Shown here: positions 36,392 through 46,894 of the stretch, piece after piece
Layout: the number at the start of each line of letters is the position of its first letter
Position numbering within the stretch: position 1 is the stretch's first letter
Source: an uncultured virus (IMG/VR IMGVR_UViG_3300029922_000048)
Lineage: Duplodnaviria > Heunggongvirae > Uroviricota > Caudoviricetes
Virus record (IMG/VR): IMGVR_UViG_3300029922_000048
Length of the DNA: 64,000 nucleotides
Reading direction: 5' to 3' (one strand)
Position numbers and translations under genes: made by a program
Notes under the pieces: model-generated
Told to the model about the DNA's origin: nothing
Database searches by the model: none
Seen by the model: the letters and a program-made list of their open reading frames with translations, nothing else

Positions 36392-38442
36392 TGAAACTCA
36401 AGAAACTTAAACTCAGAAACTTCCGAATTCACCGTAAACTTGATCTTGAGTTTCAAGATGGAATTACCGGGGTAACGGGAGGTAATGGGGCAGGCAAGAG
36501 CGCAATCATTGAAGCGATTAGGTTTGTCCTACAGGGCAGCTTCGATGGCCCCTCGAAGGACAAAGTCATCAGCCTCGGGGAAACCTCCGGCTATGTGTCC
36601 TGTACCTTTGAGCTGCACGGCAAAGAAGGTTACATCGAGCGGCATCTGGATTGCTCCAAAGTAATCCTGGAGTATGACGGCAAGGACCCGCTCAAGAAAG
36701 CCAGTGAGGTCAAGGAGTTGTGGGACAGGTTGATGCAAATTACCCCCGACATCATGGACAACGTCGTGATCGCTCGTCAGGATGACATCCCGAAGCTATT
36801 TACGGGTGACGCCTCGGAGCGAGAGAAATTGTTCCAGAAGATATTCCTGGTTCCCAATACCGAGAAGCTCCGTAAGGTCATCTGGGACGATTACATCAAG
36901 AAGGCACCTCCTGCCTATATGGTGGCCAACCAGGATGATCTACAGGCTGCCCTGGCGGAGGCCATTAGGGTACATGACGAGAAGATAGACCGGCTGAAGT
37001 CGCTCCCTAGAGTCGAGCAGCATCAGTATGAGTCCATCTACTCGCTCCAGACCCTCCACAGGAAGCAGCTGGCTGACCACCAGCGTATTCTTGAACTGGA
37101 GGCCAAGGAAGCAGCGCTGGAACCCCAGATCGCTCCCGTTCAGGCCAAGCGAGATGAACTGAAGGGTCGTCTGGTCACCATTGACATCGGGTTGTATCGC
37201 CAAAAGGTAGTGGAACTCAGTACCGCTCAGGAAGCCAGCAAGTCACGTGGCCGCATCATCGCAGACCTGAATCGCATTACGGTTGACCTCCTGCCTGAAG
37301 ACGATTACCAGGAGCTGCTCGTCAAGGCCGGTGAAGCCAAGACGAGATGGGATAAATTGCAGGCAGAGCACACAGCCGTCACGCTGAAGTATGACCAGGC
37401 CAGAAGAGAACTTGCAGTTCATCAGAATCTCAAGGGTCACGCGGTATGCCCGACCTGTAAGCAGTCCATCAAGGACATCGCGGACTTCATCGCTTCACAC
37501 GAGAAGCAAATGGCAGAGATAGCGGGGCAGATCAATAGCGCCCCTCTCCAGGAGGCAGCGACTCATTGCGGGAGTCTTAACAAGAAGATTGAGACCCAGA
37601 ACAATCTGAGGATTCAAATTGGTCTTCTGGAGCAGTCCCTTGTGGGGTGCCCTGAGGTGCAGTTTGACCCCAAGATGTTGGACGTGGCTCGCCAGGTAGT
37701 TGCAGCGTATGACCAGATGGATCGCGAATTGCGCGGTTCTGAGCAGACGTACACTTATCTCGTGCAGCAACGTGACACACTGGCTGGCCAGAAAGTGGGA
37801 TTGGATAAACTCCAAGACCCTCAGTCTGTGCATGCCAAACTCAATGAATTGGACGCAGCTCATCAGAGACTCAATGAAGCATCAAACAGTTATAAAACAG
37901 CCGAAACAGAGGTGGGTGCGGCAGCCTCACTGGTTGGAGTTGCCAGACAGCGAATCACCGACAACGACGCCATCAAAGCCAAGAACGTCAAGCGCGACCA
38001 GTACGTACAGGATTTGGGAGAAGTCTACGAGGCCCTCCATACTTCGGAGTTTCCTCGAAAGCTTATCCAGAACTATGCGGGGATTGTTACGGAATATCTC
38101 AACCGGCACCTGGATTCCTTTGTCATCGACTACACCGCGCAAGTCAATGACAACTTTGGCATTGATGTGTTGGATACTAGTGGGCGTATTCTTCCAACGG
38201 TATCTGGTGGGCAGCGTGTCATTATCGGACTTTCTCTACGCCTCGCTCTTCATGATCTGTTTGGTCAGGGTTTCCCGATGATGATCATCGATGAAGCCAG
38301 CGCCGCCCTTCATGAGGACAACAAGCAGGCGTACTTCGACGTAGTTAAGAGCTTGAAGGACAACGCTAAACTCAAGCAGGTCATCGTCATCGATCATGAC
38401 GACCGGCTCGCCAATGTAGTCGATAACCTGATTGCACTATGA
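36391..38442 (+). CDS. sbcC: SbcC/Rad50-like SMC ATPase (gp46-like)
   Basis: GGNGAGKS, Q-loop ARQ, Zn-hook CPTC, VSGGQ, IIDEA, IDHD. Confidence 0.92.
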   Translation: MKLKKLKLRNFRIHRKLDLEFQDGITGVTGGNGAGKSAIIEAIRFVLQGSFDGPSKDKVISLGETSGYVSCTFELHGKEGYIERHLDCSKVILEYDGKDPLKKASEVKELWDRLMQITPDIMDNVVIARQDDIPKLFTGDASEREKLFQKIFLVPNTEKLRKVIWDDYIKKAPPAYMVANQDDLQAALAEAIRVHDEKIDRLKSLPRVEQHQYESIYSLQTLHRKQLADHQRILELEAKEAALEPQIAPVQAKRDELKGRLVTIDIGLYRQKVVELSTAQEASKSRGRIIADLNRITVDLLPEDDYQELLVKAGEAKTRWDKLQAEHTAVTLKYDQARRELAVHQNLKGHAVCPTCKQSIKDIADFIASHEKQMAEIAGQINSAPLQEAATHCGSLNKKIETQNNLRIQIGLLEQSLVGCPEVQFDPKMLDVARQVVAAYDQMDRELRGSEQTYTYLVQQRDTLAGQKVGLDKLQDPQSVHAKLNELDAAHQRLNEASNSYKTAETEVGAAASLVGVARQRITDNDAIKAKNVKRDQYVQDLGEVYEALHTSEFPRKLIQNYAGIVTEYLNRHLDSFVIDYTAQVNDNFGIDVLDTSGRILPTVSGGQRVIIGLSLRLALHDLFGQGFPMMIIDEASAALHEDNKQAYFDVVKSLKDNAKLKQVIVIDHDDRLANVVDNLIAL

Positions 38443-38654
38443 GACTTGCTAAAGTCACGATTGATCAGAGCTACGTTGTCGATCTTGATGACGAGGTAAT
38501 GGTGCAAGAAGCGAAAAACAATCTGTACGAAGACCTCATGAACGCGGTTAAGTACAACGAGTTATTTCAGTGGATAGAACTCGGGAATGAGGACCCTACT
38601 CTCAAACCTGAGGATATCACTGAATGCTTGCGAAAGGAACCTGACGATGGCTAG
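38439..38654 (+). CDS. Small acidic hypothetical protein
   Basis: ATGA overlap. Confidence 0.5.
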   Translation: MRLAKVTIDQSYVVDLDDEVMVQEAKNNLYEDLMNAVKYNELFQWIELGNEDPTLKPEDITECLRKEPDDG

Positions 38655-38907
38655 CGTAGCACCAGAGATCAGTGAGGATACCATGGACGCCATTATTGTG
38701 GCTTCCATGTTGCTCCACACCCAGGGGGAAGTCTTGATCCCGATGACCGATTCGATGGCGAAACGTATCATTCAGGATCGACTCCCCAAGGACAGTGGTT
38801 GGGAAGTGGTTGATGCAAAGTGGAATGGGCCTGATCTGATCGAGGCTTCCATTCTCCAGACCGACCCGATTAAGTACGTGGATATCAAGGTAGACATCAA
38901 GGTATAA
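38647..38907 (+). CDS. Small hypothetical protein
   Basis: Overlap-coupled ORF. Confidence 0.45.
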   Translation: MASVAPEISEDTMDAIIVASMLLHTQGEVLIPMTDSMAKRIIQDRLPKDSGWEVVDAKWNGPDLIEASILQTDPIKYVDIKVDIKV

Positions 38908-38921
38908 CAACAAAGGAACAA

Positions 38922-39143
38922 ATGGTACAACAGAGCAAACAAGCTGAAGAGATGAGTGAACATGTCAGGAATACCGTCAAAAACTTGAAGGAATCCGCTG
39001 ATATCGTTCAGACGATGGACCCGGCAGCGGTCGGGATGGCGCTTGGGATGACCGTCCTGAGTGGCTTCATCGCCCCCGCAATAGCGAAGAGCAAGAAGCA
39101 GGCCCAACAGGTCCAGGAGGTCGAAACCGTCAAGGCAGGTTGA
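38922..39143 (+). CDS. Small membrane-anchored protein
   Basis: AAGGA upstream; one hydrophobic segment. Confidence 0.5.
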   Translation: MVQQSKQAEEMSEHVRNTVKNLKESADIVQTMDPAAVGMALGMTVLSGFIAPAIAKSKKQAQQVQEVETVKAG

Positions 39144-39314
39144 TGTGGAAAAAATTTGTCCGAAATGTAAGAGAGCAATGGACTACCGGGTATGCTTCGG
39201 TGACTCCATCTGGCAGTGTAGTTGTGGTCATACGGAGCCTGCCAGCCTCCTGGAAATGTACGGGAAGCTTGAAATGTACGACCAACCAGTAAACTACCAA
39301 AAGAAAGACTTACC

Positions 39315-39572
39315 ATGAAACTGATTGAATTCGAAGGTCAGAACGAGGTGATCGCTAAGGAGCAGCCTCCTTATCTACCATTCCCATGTCACCGCATCTG
39401 GGCCGATCCTGAGGGTCGTACTACATGTTGTTGGGAGTTGACTTGGAAAGAACGGATCAAGGTACTGTTCACGGGTAGGGTGTGGCATCAGATATTGACC
39501 TTTCAGAACAAACTACAACCGCAGCGCTTGACTGTCGAGAAGCCTGAACTACCTCAGGGAGATTGTGTATGA
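39315..39572 (+). CDS. Conserved small phage protein
   Basis: F.GQN...AK.QP.Y.P.P...CW.LTW.ER..VLF.G..W. Confidence 0.65.
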   Translation: MKLIEFEGQNEVIAKEQPPYLPFPCHRIWADPEGRTTCCWELTWKERIKVLFTGRVWHQILTFQNKLQPQRLTVEKPELPQGDCV

Positions 39573-39805
39573 CACAAGAAATATACGATAACTTAACAGC
39601 CGGAACCATCGTGGGCGAATACGCTGGATCGGAAAAGAATGTCGACGATTGGAGACTTCTGGAGAAAGTCGAGAAAGGATGGCGCATGGAGGTAGGAATG
39701 ATGAAGGATTACGGATGGCTATCCCTAGGTCATCAAAAGGTGGTGGGGCTCGACGTGTTGAAACACAAACGACGTAAAGGGTCTGACTACAGGGGGATCG
39801 CATGA
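39569..39805 (+). CDS. Small hypothetical protein
   Basis: ATGA overlap. Confidence 0.45.
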   Translation: MTQEIYDNLTAGTIVGEYAGSEKNVDDWRLLEKVEKGWRMEVGMMKDYGWLSLGHQKVVGLDVLKHKRRKGSDYRGIA

Positions 39806-39956
39806 CACGATATGGTTTTCGAGGTTGGACCTTGCTATCGTTGATCAATTGGTTCCTCGCTAGTGTATTCGATGTGCTGTTGTGTCAGATGAATGACGAT
39901 GTAACTGGTCGCATTAGCTTCTTCCTAACCGACAGAACCTTCTACCCAGGAGAGAA

Positions 39957-40304
39957 ATGAACACGGAAATACACTACATGTACCGCGACGGATCAAACTA
40001 CAAGATGCACCATCGCGAGGTTGTAGCCGGAGTAATCACTCATGCTGATATTGCGGCCTGTCTGGAGGAAGGTGAGAACTTCATCCCTAGTCAGGTAGGA
40101 CTCCTGGACCTGCAGGAGATGCTTGAGGGTGGAGTAGGAGATGACGACCACGTATGGCATGAGCTGCAGGAAGATGATTTCACTCCCACCCAGGATGCTC
40201 CGACCGCGCAAGTAACTGCAGATGAACTGATTCGTAACTTCATCGACTCCAAACATAACTGGTTGGTCGAACAAGCTATGGATTTAATTGGACTTCCACG
40301 ATGA
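39957..40304 (+). CDS. Conserved acidic hypothetical protein
   Basis: MNT.I.Y.YRD.SNYK...FIP.QVGL..LQ...DDH.WHE. Confidence 0.65.
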   Translation: MNTEIHYMYRDGSNYKMHHREVVAGVITHADIAACLEEGENFIPSQVGLLDLQEMLEGGVGDDDHVWHELQEDDFTPTQDAPTAQVTADELIRNFIDSKHNWLVEQAMDLIGLPR

Positions 40305-40449
40305 GATACCAGATATTATCCAACCACGGATCGTGTGTCCGTACCACTGACGATCTTGACGATGCCTTTCAACATTGTGCTGAGCTAAACAGCATGCGAG
40401 GCGACCGAGAGTTCGAGGTCTACGACACCGAGACAATGCAATACTGTTA

Positions 40450-41916
40450 ATGCACCTAAACCTTGTTAGATACGATGGAGGGCTGTGGCTCAGCCAGTCA
40501 CCTCCCTACATCCTGAAGTACCTTCGGTACAGCCATCGATCTTTCAAGCTACAGGGATACCGGCGTGTCAACTCCTTCGAGGAGGTGAGACTCTACAACC
40601 TGCAGCCAGACGGGTCCATTTCGACTCTGGGTGGGTTCTACGAGAAGATCATTGGACTCATTAACGAGAATCTCGATACTGTTGAGATTCAGGATAATCG
40701 ATCCAAGATGCCTGCTCCGGATTGGGATCGAGTTAAGGAGATCGGATTTCGAGATCACCAAATTGAACCAGTTGCTAAGTTCCTGTTGTCGGCTCAACAG
40801 ACCAGCGGTGTAGTGTCGGCAACTGGTGGCTACGGGAAGACCTACTGTCAGGCCTGGACCTACGCGGCGTGGTCACAACTTAACTGCATCCTCGCGATTC
40901 CGATTGCCCAAGTAGTAAAGCAAACCGTGAAGAAGTTCAAGGAGCTGTTTCCAGACAAACATGTGGGGCAGATTGGTGCCGGAAAGGACGACCTTTCTCA
41001 GGATATCACAATCGCTACGTTTGACTCCCTCCAGAAGGCCGCATTGGAGAAGTGCCAGTTGTTTCTGGTGGATGAGATGCAATGTGCGGCTCGACCAACC
41101 TTTCAGGCCGACGTGGCGAAGTTTCAGCCTGCCCGTACCTTCGGGTATACTGCTACTGACGATGGGTTATTCTCAAATGCCGACAAGCTGTTGGTGGGGA
41201 TGTTTGGTGAGCACTTAATCCACATCGAGTATGAGGAAGCCGAGAGTGTTGGGGCTGTGGTGCCCTGTACGGTCTGGATGATTGAGGTGCCGCCCGATAC
41301 GTTGGTGACCGGTAATGACATGGAGAGTAAATTCAGTCAGGGGATCGAACAATGCAAGCCCCGTAATTCCCTGATTGGACTGACCTGCTCGCTAGTACCG
41401 GAGAAGTGGCAGACCCTGGTGTTTGTTGATCGTATTAACACGCACCTGATTCCTTTGATGATGTACATGCCTGCCGGTACCCAGTACATCCATCGGGGGT
41501 CGAGTAAGAAGAAACACGGTGCTTACGCACTCACCGGTAAACGTCAGGACCAGATTGCCGAGAGCTTCTCCAACAATGAGTTCCAGCACCTAATTGCTAC
41601 AGATGCATTCAGGGCTGGTGTGGATGTACCCAATATCCGAGTTGTAGTACAGGCTGCGGGAGGGTCGAGCAAGATCGAAGTTCTCCAGGAGGCGCTTCGT
41701 GGTAGCCGTACCCTGAAGGAAGAAGACCGTGAGCGTTTCGGGGTTACCCCTAAGACTCATTTTTGCTTGATCGACTTCGTTGATCAGCACGATGATTCCC
41801 TGATGGGGATGACCCAGAAGCGGATCAAGTACTACCGGGATCAGAAGTGGCAGATTAACTTTGTCAAGCATCCTCGGGAGATCGATTGGTATAGATACGA
41901 AAAATCATTGCTATGA
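40450..41916 (+). CDS. Superfamily 2 DNA helicase (UvsW-like)
   Basis: FRDHQ, ATGGYGKT, LVDEMQ, GYTAT, GVDVPNI, QEALRGSR, IDFVD. Confidence 0.85.
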   Translation: MHLNLVRYDGGLWLSQSPPYILKYLRYSHRSFKLQGYRRVNSFEEVRLYNLQPDGSISTLGGFYEKIIGLINENLDTVEIQDNRSKMPAPDWDRVKEIGFRDHQIEPVAKFLLSAQQTSGVVSATGGYGKTYCQAWTYAAWSQLNCILAIPIAQVVKQTVKKFKELFPDKHVGQIGAGKDDLSQDITIATFDSLQKAALEKCQLFLVDEMQCAARPTFQADVAKFQPARTFGYTATDDGLFSNADKLLVGMFGEHLIHIEYEEAESVGAVVPCTVWMIEVPPDTLVTGNDMESKFSQGIEQCKPRNSLIGLTCSLVPEKWQTLVFVDRINTHLIPLMMYMPAGTQYIHRGSSKKKHGAYALTGKRQDQIAESFSNNEFQHLIATDAFRAGVDVPNIRVVVQAAGGSSKIEVLQEALRGSRTLKEEDRERFGVTPKTHFCLIDFVDQHDDSLMGMTQKRIKYYRDQKWQINFVKHPREIDWYRYEKSLL

Positions 41917-42007
41917 AATTTGATGAACATTTCTGGGGAGTTCTGGGTCTCATAGTGGTATGGACTGCATTTGCCACATGGTTGATGCACCGCAACCGCC
42001 TACCCTG

Positions 42008-42721
42008 ATGCCGAGAAGAAAAAGCAAAACGGTCTACTTCGACATGGGTCGGAATGCAGGTAAGACCCACTACTCTTCATTGCTGACCGAGTTAGCCACA
42101 GACCGCCCCACGGACGCCACAGGGTTCCTTCGATTCATGGGACAGGACATAGCGTTCCCGGCCTCGGATGTAACGGTACAACGGACAGCCCGCAAGGATG
42201 GTAGCGTCATTACTCCAATAACGCGACGACAACCAATGTCGTTTAACCTTCGTGATCTGGAGGAATCGAAGTTGGACTTCAGTAAGGCAGAAGTAGCCAT
42301 TACCCGGCAGATACAGGGTGAGTTCAGCCGGGGGGCTATGGAGTTGCTCTACGGGTCATCACCATGGACCACGGCCAATACTGCAGCTGTCCGAGAGGAA
42401 GAGCGTGATCCGGATGTCTGGAGGAGGGAGTATGAGGGATCATATGTACCCCAGCCAGCTGACCCAATCGGTCGGATGGGTGATGGGGCGAGAGAAATGG
42501 ACAGGTACCACACTCTGCAATCTCTGACGTATGATTTGCAGCGCTTGCAGCGTATGAACCGGCGTCATGCCGAGCTTATGCATGTTCCAAGTTACGTGGT
42601 CTATAACCCCACCGACGAACCTCCGGTCCTTAAGGCCGCAGTGGCGGTCGAGAAGCAAGTGTTTGAAACTGTTGGAGGTCGAGTCGCCCGATCAATCAAC
42701 CTAGGAGATGATGATGGATGA
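42008..42721 (+). CDS. Hypothetical protein with terminase-ATPase-like motif remnants
   Basis: MGRNAGKT, SSPW, DPDVWRREYEG. Confidence 0.45.
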   Translation: MPRRKSKTVYFDMGRNAGKTHYSSLLTELATDRPTDATGFLRFMGQDIAFPASDVTVQRTARKDGSVITPITRRQPMSFNLRDLEESKLDFSKAEVAITRQIQGEFSRGAMELLYGSSPWTTANTAAVREEERDPDVWRREYEGSYVPQPADPIGRMGDGAREMDRYHTLQSLTYDLQRLQRMNRRHAELMHVPSYVVYNPTDEPPVLKAAVAVEKQVFETVGGRVARSINLGDDDG

Positions 42722-42897
42722 AGAACCAGATAATATAATCTACCTGTCAGCTGCGGAGATTCAAAGAGAACGCGATTTAGTTCGAAGGTATTGCCAATAC
42801 TACGGGCTGATACCTTGTGGTAATAACATAATTCCGTTCCCCACCCCATCTGCCTTCGATCAAACGAACGGCAGGATAACCAGAAACGTAACGATCA

Positions 42898-43158
42898 ATG
42901 AGTGAACCAGCTAATCGGATGACCCACTACATTGTGGTGGAAGGTAATGACTTCAATGTGTTTAAGACTAAGAAGATCACGGTCGATGAAGGCAGTATAT
43001 CGGACCTGACAGCCGAGATTAACAAGTTGATCGATTCAAAGGTCGGTGACTCCGAAGGTTCGGGTAGAACTTACGCAGCCGAGCATGGTGATATCGTCTA
43101 CAAGTTAGTACCGGTGATGCGCATTCGTCTCACCCCTGAAAAGATTAAATCTCTGTGA
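42898..43158 (+). CDS. Small hypothetical protein
   Basis: Overlap-coupled ORF. Confidence 0.45.
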   Translation: MSEPANRMTHYIVVEGNDFNVFKTKKITVDEGSISDLTAEINKLIDSKVGDSEGSGRTYAAEHGDIVYKLVPVMRIRLTPEKIKSL

Positions 43159-43526
43159 ACCCTCTCGTCAAACGTCAATGGGTACAGGCATTGCGTTCGG
43201 GTAAGTACCTGCAGGGGCGCAATCGGCTGTGCCAACCCGGCAAGACGGGGTTGCTGTTTTGTTGTCTTGGTGTATTGTGTGAGATTGCCGTGCAGAACGG
43301 AATTATCAATCCTCCTATACGCAAAGAAAGCGGGGAGGTTAGATACGACGGCGACATGTTCGACCTTCCACGGAGTGTTAAGTTTTGGGCAGGAATGAAT
43401 AACGTGGATGTTAAGATCGATGGTTGGTTTTCGGGGAGCAAAGATCGTCCTCATACGCTTGGAAGTATTAACGACGCCGGAATAGGTTTTGAAAGAATCG
43501 CGGAACTAATAGAACAACAACTATGA
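43155..43526 (+). CDS. W..ALRSG.Y.QG family phage protein, copy 1
   Basis: WVQALRSGKYLQG, CCLGVLCE, ND.G..F..IA. Confidence 0.7.
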   Translation: MNPLVKRQWVQALRSGKYLQGRNRLCQPGKTGLLFCCLGVLCEIAVQNGIINPPIRKESGEVRYDGDMFDLPRSVKFWAGMNNVDVKIDGWFSGSKDRPHTLGSINDAGIGFERIAELIEQQL

Positions 43527-43906
43527 ACCAACAAGTTAAAGAAAAATGGACAGCCGCTCTCCGGTCCGGAGATTACAGACAGGGCACGCATGCACTGCGT
43601 AAGACCCTACCGGATGGCAGCCAGCAACACTGTTGCTACGGTGTGCTGTGCGAGCTGGCTGTAAAAGAAGGGGTCATTCCCGATCCTAAGCCTTATGTGT
43701 TTGACACTTCAAGGGCAGCCTTTGAGTCCCTTGGTGTCCATTATGGAGTCACCTCCACCCTTCCAAGAGCAGTAGAAATTTGGGCTGATCTGGAGTCATT
43801 CCAAGAAGCAAAGATTGGCGACGAGATTACCAATCTCATGAAACACAACGACGACCACAACGCTACATTTGCCCAGATCGCAGATGCAGTGGAACAGCAG
43901 TTCTAA
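43523..43906 (+). CDS. W..ALRSG.Y.QG family phage protein, copy 2
   Basis: WTAALRSGDYRQG, CCYGVLCE, ND....F.QIA. Confidence 0.7.
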   Translation: MNQQVKEKWTAALRSGDYRQGTHALRKTLPDGSQQHCCYGVLCELAVKEGVIPDPKPYVFDTSRAAFESLGVHYGVTSTLPRAVEIWADLESFQEAKIGDEITNLMKHNDDHNATFAQIADAVEQQF

Positions 43907-43909
43907 ATA

Positions 43910-44872
43910 ATGGACTCCCAGGAAATATACGCTAAGCTGAAAGAAAAGTTCGGTGAGGTTAAGCGAGCCACTGGGGGTCAACTCCGCATTCCATGCCCAA
44001 CCTGTTCGGCGGAGCATGCTAAGAAGTGTAAGCGCTACATCTATCCAAACTCCTTCTACACGAAGTGTTGGATTTGTGGCGAATCACTGACGCTCGCGGA
44101 TTTGTTGGGGGATGATGTCCAATACGATAGGGCTGTGGGTCTCGGGCCGGAGCCAGAGCACCCTCAATCGCGCGTAGCGCCCTGCAGGGGCTTCATTCCG
44201 ATCAATCAGCTACCTGGTGACCATCCGGCCATCCGGTTCCTCACCAAGGACCATCTGCACGATCTGGATCGCTATTGGGAGAAGTACCGGGTGTGCTACA
44301 TTCCTCTTCAGATGGGTGACGATGTCATTTTCGACAAGGGAGAGGGGATTCCTCCGACGAAGGTCAGAACTGGGGACTGCATACTGTTCCCTGTGGTGTT
44401 CAACCAAGAGGTGGTGGGATGGCAGCTCAGGTTTGTGCCCGGTACATTCTGGGGCGACAAGTCGAAGATGAAGTACTTCCATGTATTTCAGAAGGGTCGG
44501 TACCTGTTCAACTTCGACGAAGCTGTCCAGCACGACCACGTAGTTGTGATGGAGGGTATCAAGAAGGCACTCAAGATACCCAACGCTGTTGCCACATTGG
44601 GGAAGAATATCACGGACGATCAGGCCAACCTGCTCTTCAGATGGCCCAAGATCACATTGATGCTGGATGGAGACGATAAGACCCAGTCGCTGGCTGAGCC
44701 ACTTCGGGATAAGCTGGAAACGATTGCCAAGAACATTCCCACCAGGATGTTCGGGATCGCCCCCGAGGACAGAAGGGTAGTGAACGTTGGGTTAAAGAAG
44801 TATGGATTCCCGTCACCGGATGAGATGACCACTGAGCAAGTTAACGCAGTATTACAGGACGCATGGAAATGA
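43910..44872 (+). CDS. dnaG: DNA primase (Zn finger + TOPRIM)
   Basis: CPTC...CWIC; ILFPV, GWQLR, MKY, LFNFD, VMEG, ATLG, MLDGD, SPDE. Confidence 0.85.
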   Translation: MDSQEIYAKLKEKFGEVKRATGGQLRIPCPTCSAEHAKKCKRYIYPNSFYTKCWICGESLTLADLLGDDVQYDRAVGLGPEPEHPQSRVAPCRGFIPINQLPGDHPAIRFLTKDHLHDLDRYWEKYRVCYIPLQMGDDVIFDKGEGIPPTKVRTGDCILFPVVFNQEVVGWQLRFVPGTFWGDKSKMKYFHVFQKGRYLFNFDEAVQHDHVVVMEGIKKALKIPNAVATLGKNITDDQANLLFRWPKITLMLDGDDKTQSLAEPLRDKLETIAKNIPTRMFGIAPEDRRVVNVGLKKYGFPSPDEMTTEQVNAVLQDAWK

Positions 44873-45474
44873 AAGAAGAAAGACAAGTCAAGGTTGAGGT
44901 TGAACCTACGGTGCATTTTGAGCGTGAGGTCGAAGACTTGACGGCGTCTCTGGAAAAACTCTACGTAGGGTGGAAGCGAAGAATTATCCCCCAGTATTTC
45001 GCAACCTTTAAGGATAAGCTGGAGATCAAGAAGACCGCTACGTTGGTGGCGCAGAAGAATTTCGACATGCAGAAGTTCTTCAACGCCCAGATTCAAGGAG
45101 CTGATGCAGTCTCGTTCCAGGCGGCGTTTCTACACAGCAAATATGCAGAAAACAAGTACAACACATACCAACAGGAGATGTTTACTGCAATTGGAGTGGA
45201 CGATTTGTTTGTGCAGTACTACAAAACCCTCGATAAACTGATCGTGTTGGGTCACGATCCGAAAAGAGTGCTTCTCGATGACTACCATAAGTTTCCAGCT
45301 TGGTTCAGAATGGTGATTACGGAGCAAGTTGACAACGACATAGCCGCTAAGTATCGTGATAGGGCGCGACGGGAACTTGCACAAGACCCCTCCATCGCTG
45401 AATTCTTGGATTCTGTACCAAGAACGCAGGGGACCCTACCGAGAATAACAAATGGACAACACCAAAGTATTTGA
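44863..45474 (+). CDS. Hypothetical replication-cluster protein
   Basis: Between primase and helicase, overlapping both. Confidence 0.55.
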   Translation: MEMKEERQVKVEVEPTVHFEREVEDLTASLEKLYVGWKRRIIPQYFATFKDKLEIKKTATLVAQKNFDMQKFFNAQIQGADAVSFQAAFLHSKYAENKYNTYQQEMFTAIGVDDLFVQYYKTLDKLIVLGHDPKRVLLDDYHKFPAWFRMVITEQVDNDIAAKYRDRARRELAQDPSIAEFLDSVPRTQGTLPRITNGQHQSI

Positions 45475-46894
45475 ATCCCCCGACTTCCTAGAAAATCTAC
45501 TCCGCCATCTAGCGATGTGCCCCCAGGTCATGGAGAAAGCCATGTCCTACCGGCTCAGCGCCGATGACTTTGTGGTCGATGACGTAATGGGGATCAAGAT
45601 TTACCGGGAGTTTGCTCGGATTATCTTGTTGATGGGAGTGGCCCCCATCAACCCAGGGTTGTTCATCACCTATATAAAGCAGGCGGTCGATAACGACCTG
45701 ATTCCCGCTGACCAAACTCAGCACGTCGCGAATCTATACAACTTTATCTTCAACGATAAGAGTGTATTGGCCGGTGAGTTCATCTGTGAAAACCTGACGA
45801 ATTTCATTCGATATCGCCGTATCCTGAAGGCGAAGATCAAGCATCGCGAAGACATCGATCAACTGGTGGTTGAATACAGTACGATCAGTCGTGAGATCGC
45901 CATGCTGGAGGCCTCCAAGGTAGTGAGGTCCTTCAGTCCCTTTGAATCCCTGGTCATCCGACCCGACCGCAACCACATCATTCCAACTGGCTTCCCTCCT
46001 ATCGATGCTGTCATTGGTGGGTACGGTAAGGCAGAGTTGATGTATCTGTTCGGGTTTAACGGTGGAGGCAAGACCGCTACTATGAGCTTCATGGCCAGAG
46101 CGGCTGCCATGATGGGTCACAAGGCATTGATTATCGAGCTTGAGGAGCCTGGTGAGAACATCTCGAACCGTCTCTACAGCCCGGTGTTCAAAATCCCCTA
46201 TACGGACCTACACCATAAGCGTCCCGGTATTGAGGAGCAGCTGGTCGAGGCGTTCAACACCCTCGATCCTGTTACTCGCCGATTACTCTTGAATGTTCAG
46301 ATCGACGATCTCTGTGGCACGCAATCAACTTGCAACTCCTTGGAGTCGTGGATAGAGGAGCGGGCTACTAGGACTGGTTTCATCCCTGACGTGATCTTTA
46401 TTGACCAGAAAACATTTATCCACCCAAACGATAAAATGAGTGGAGAGCGTGGAGACTGGGAAGTAGAGAAGCGTGTCTCGAACGATTTGAAGGGATTGTC
46501 AGAACATAAGATTCAGGGGCAGTGGAATTACGCACTGTGGTGCCTCAGTCAGGTCAAGGGTGATCCAAAGCTAAAGTTCACCCGTCGGGACCTGGCGGGT
46601 TACAAGGAAATCACTCAGCCTGCCGCCCTCGGTATGGGGGTCGGTAAAGACCCTGTGGAGGCCAATCGCATGCTGTCACTCTTTTCGGTAAAGACTCGGC
46701 ATGTGTCGCCATTCGCCTTCGAGTTCCATCACAACCTTAACTACATGGACATCGACCCAGCCGGGACGATTCAGTCCACCACACTTGGGGGACCTCAGTC
46801 TCCTCAATCAAACCCTTCTTCAGGAAGGCAACCAAATCCTCCTTCGGCTGCCCCTCCCGCGAGGCCTCCGGAGCTGGTACAACTCGGATTATGA
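45452..46894 (+). CDS. dnaB: DnaB-like replicative helicase
   Basis: IPTGFPPID...GG, GFNGGGKT, IELEE, IFID, LSQ, KTRH. Confidence 0.85.
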   Translation: MDNTKVFESPDFLENLLRHLAMCPQVMEKAMSYRLSADDFVVDDVMGIKIYREFARIILLMGVAPINPGLFITYIKQAVDNDLIPADQTQHVANLYNFIFNDKSVLAGEFICENLTNFIRYRRILKAKIKHREDIDQLVVEYSTISREIAMLEASKVVRSFSPFESLVIRPDRNHIIPTGFPPIDAVIGGYGKAELMYLFGFNGGGKTATMSFMARAAAMMGHKALIIELEEPGENISNRLYSPVFKIPYTDLHHKRPGIEEQLVEAFNTLDPVTRRLLLNVQIDDLCGTQSTCNSLESWIEERATRTGFIPDVIFIDQKTFIHPNDKMSGERGDWEVEKRVSNDLKGLSEHKIQGQWNYALWCLSQVKGDPKLKFTRRDLAGYKEITQPAALGMGVGKDPVEANRMLSLFSVKTRHVSPFAFEFHHNLNYMDIDPAGTIQSTTLGGPQSPQSNPSSGRQPNPPSAAPPARPPELVQLGL

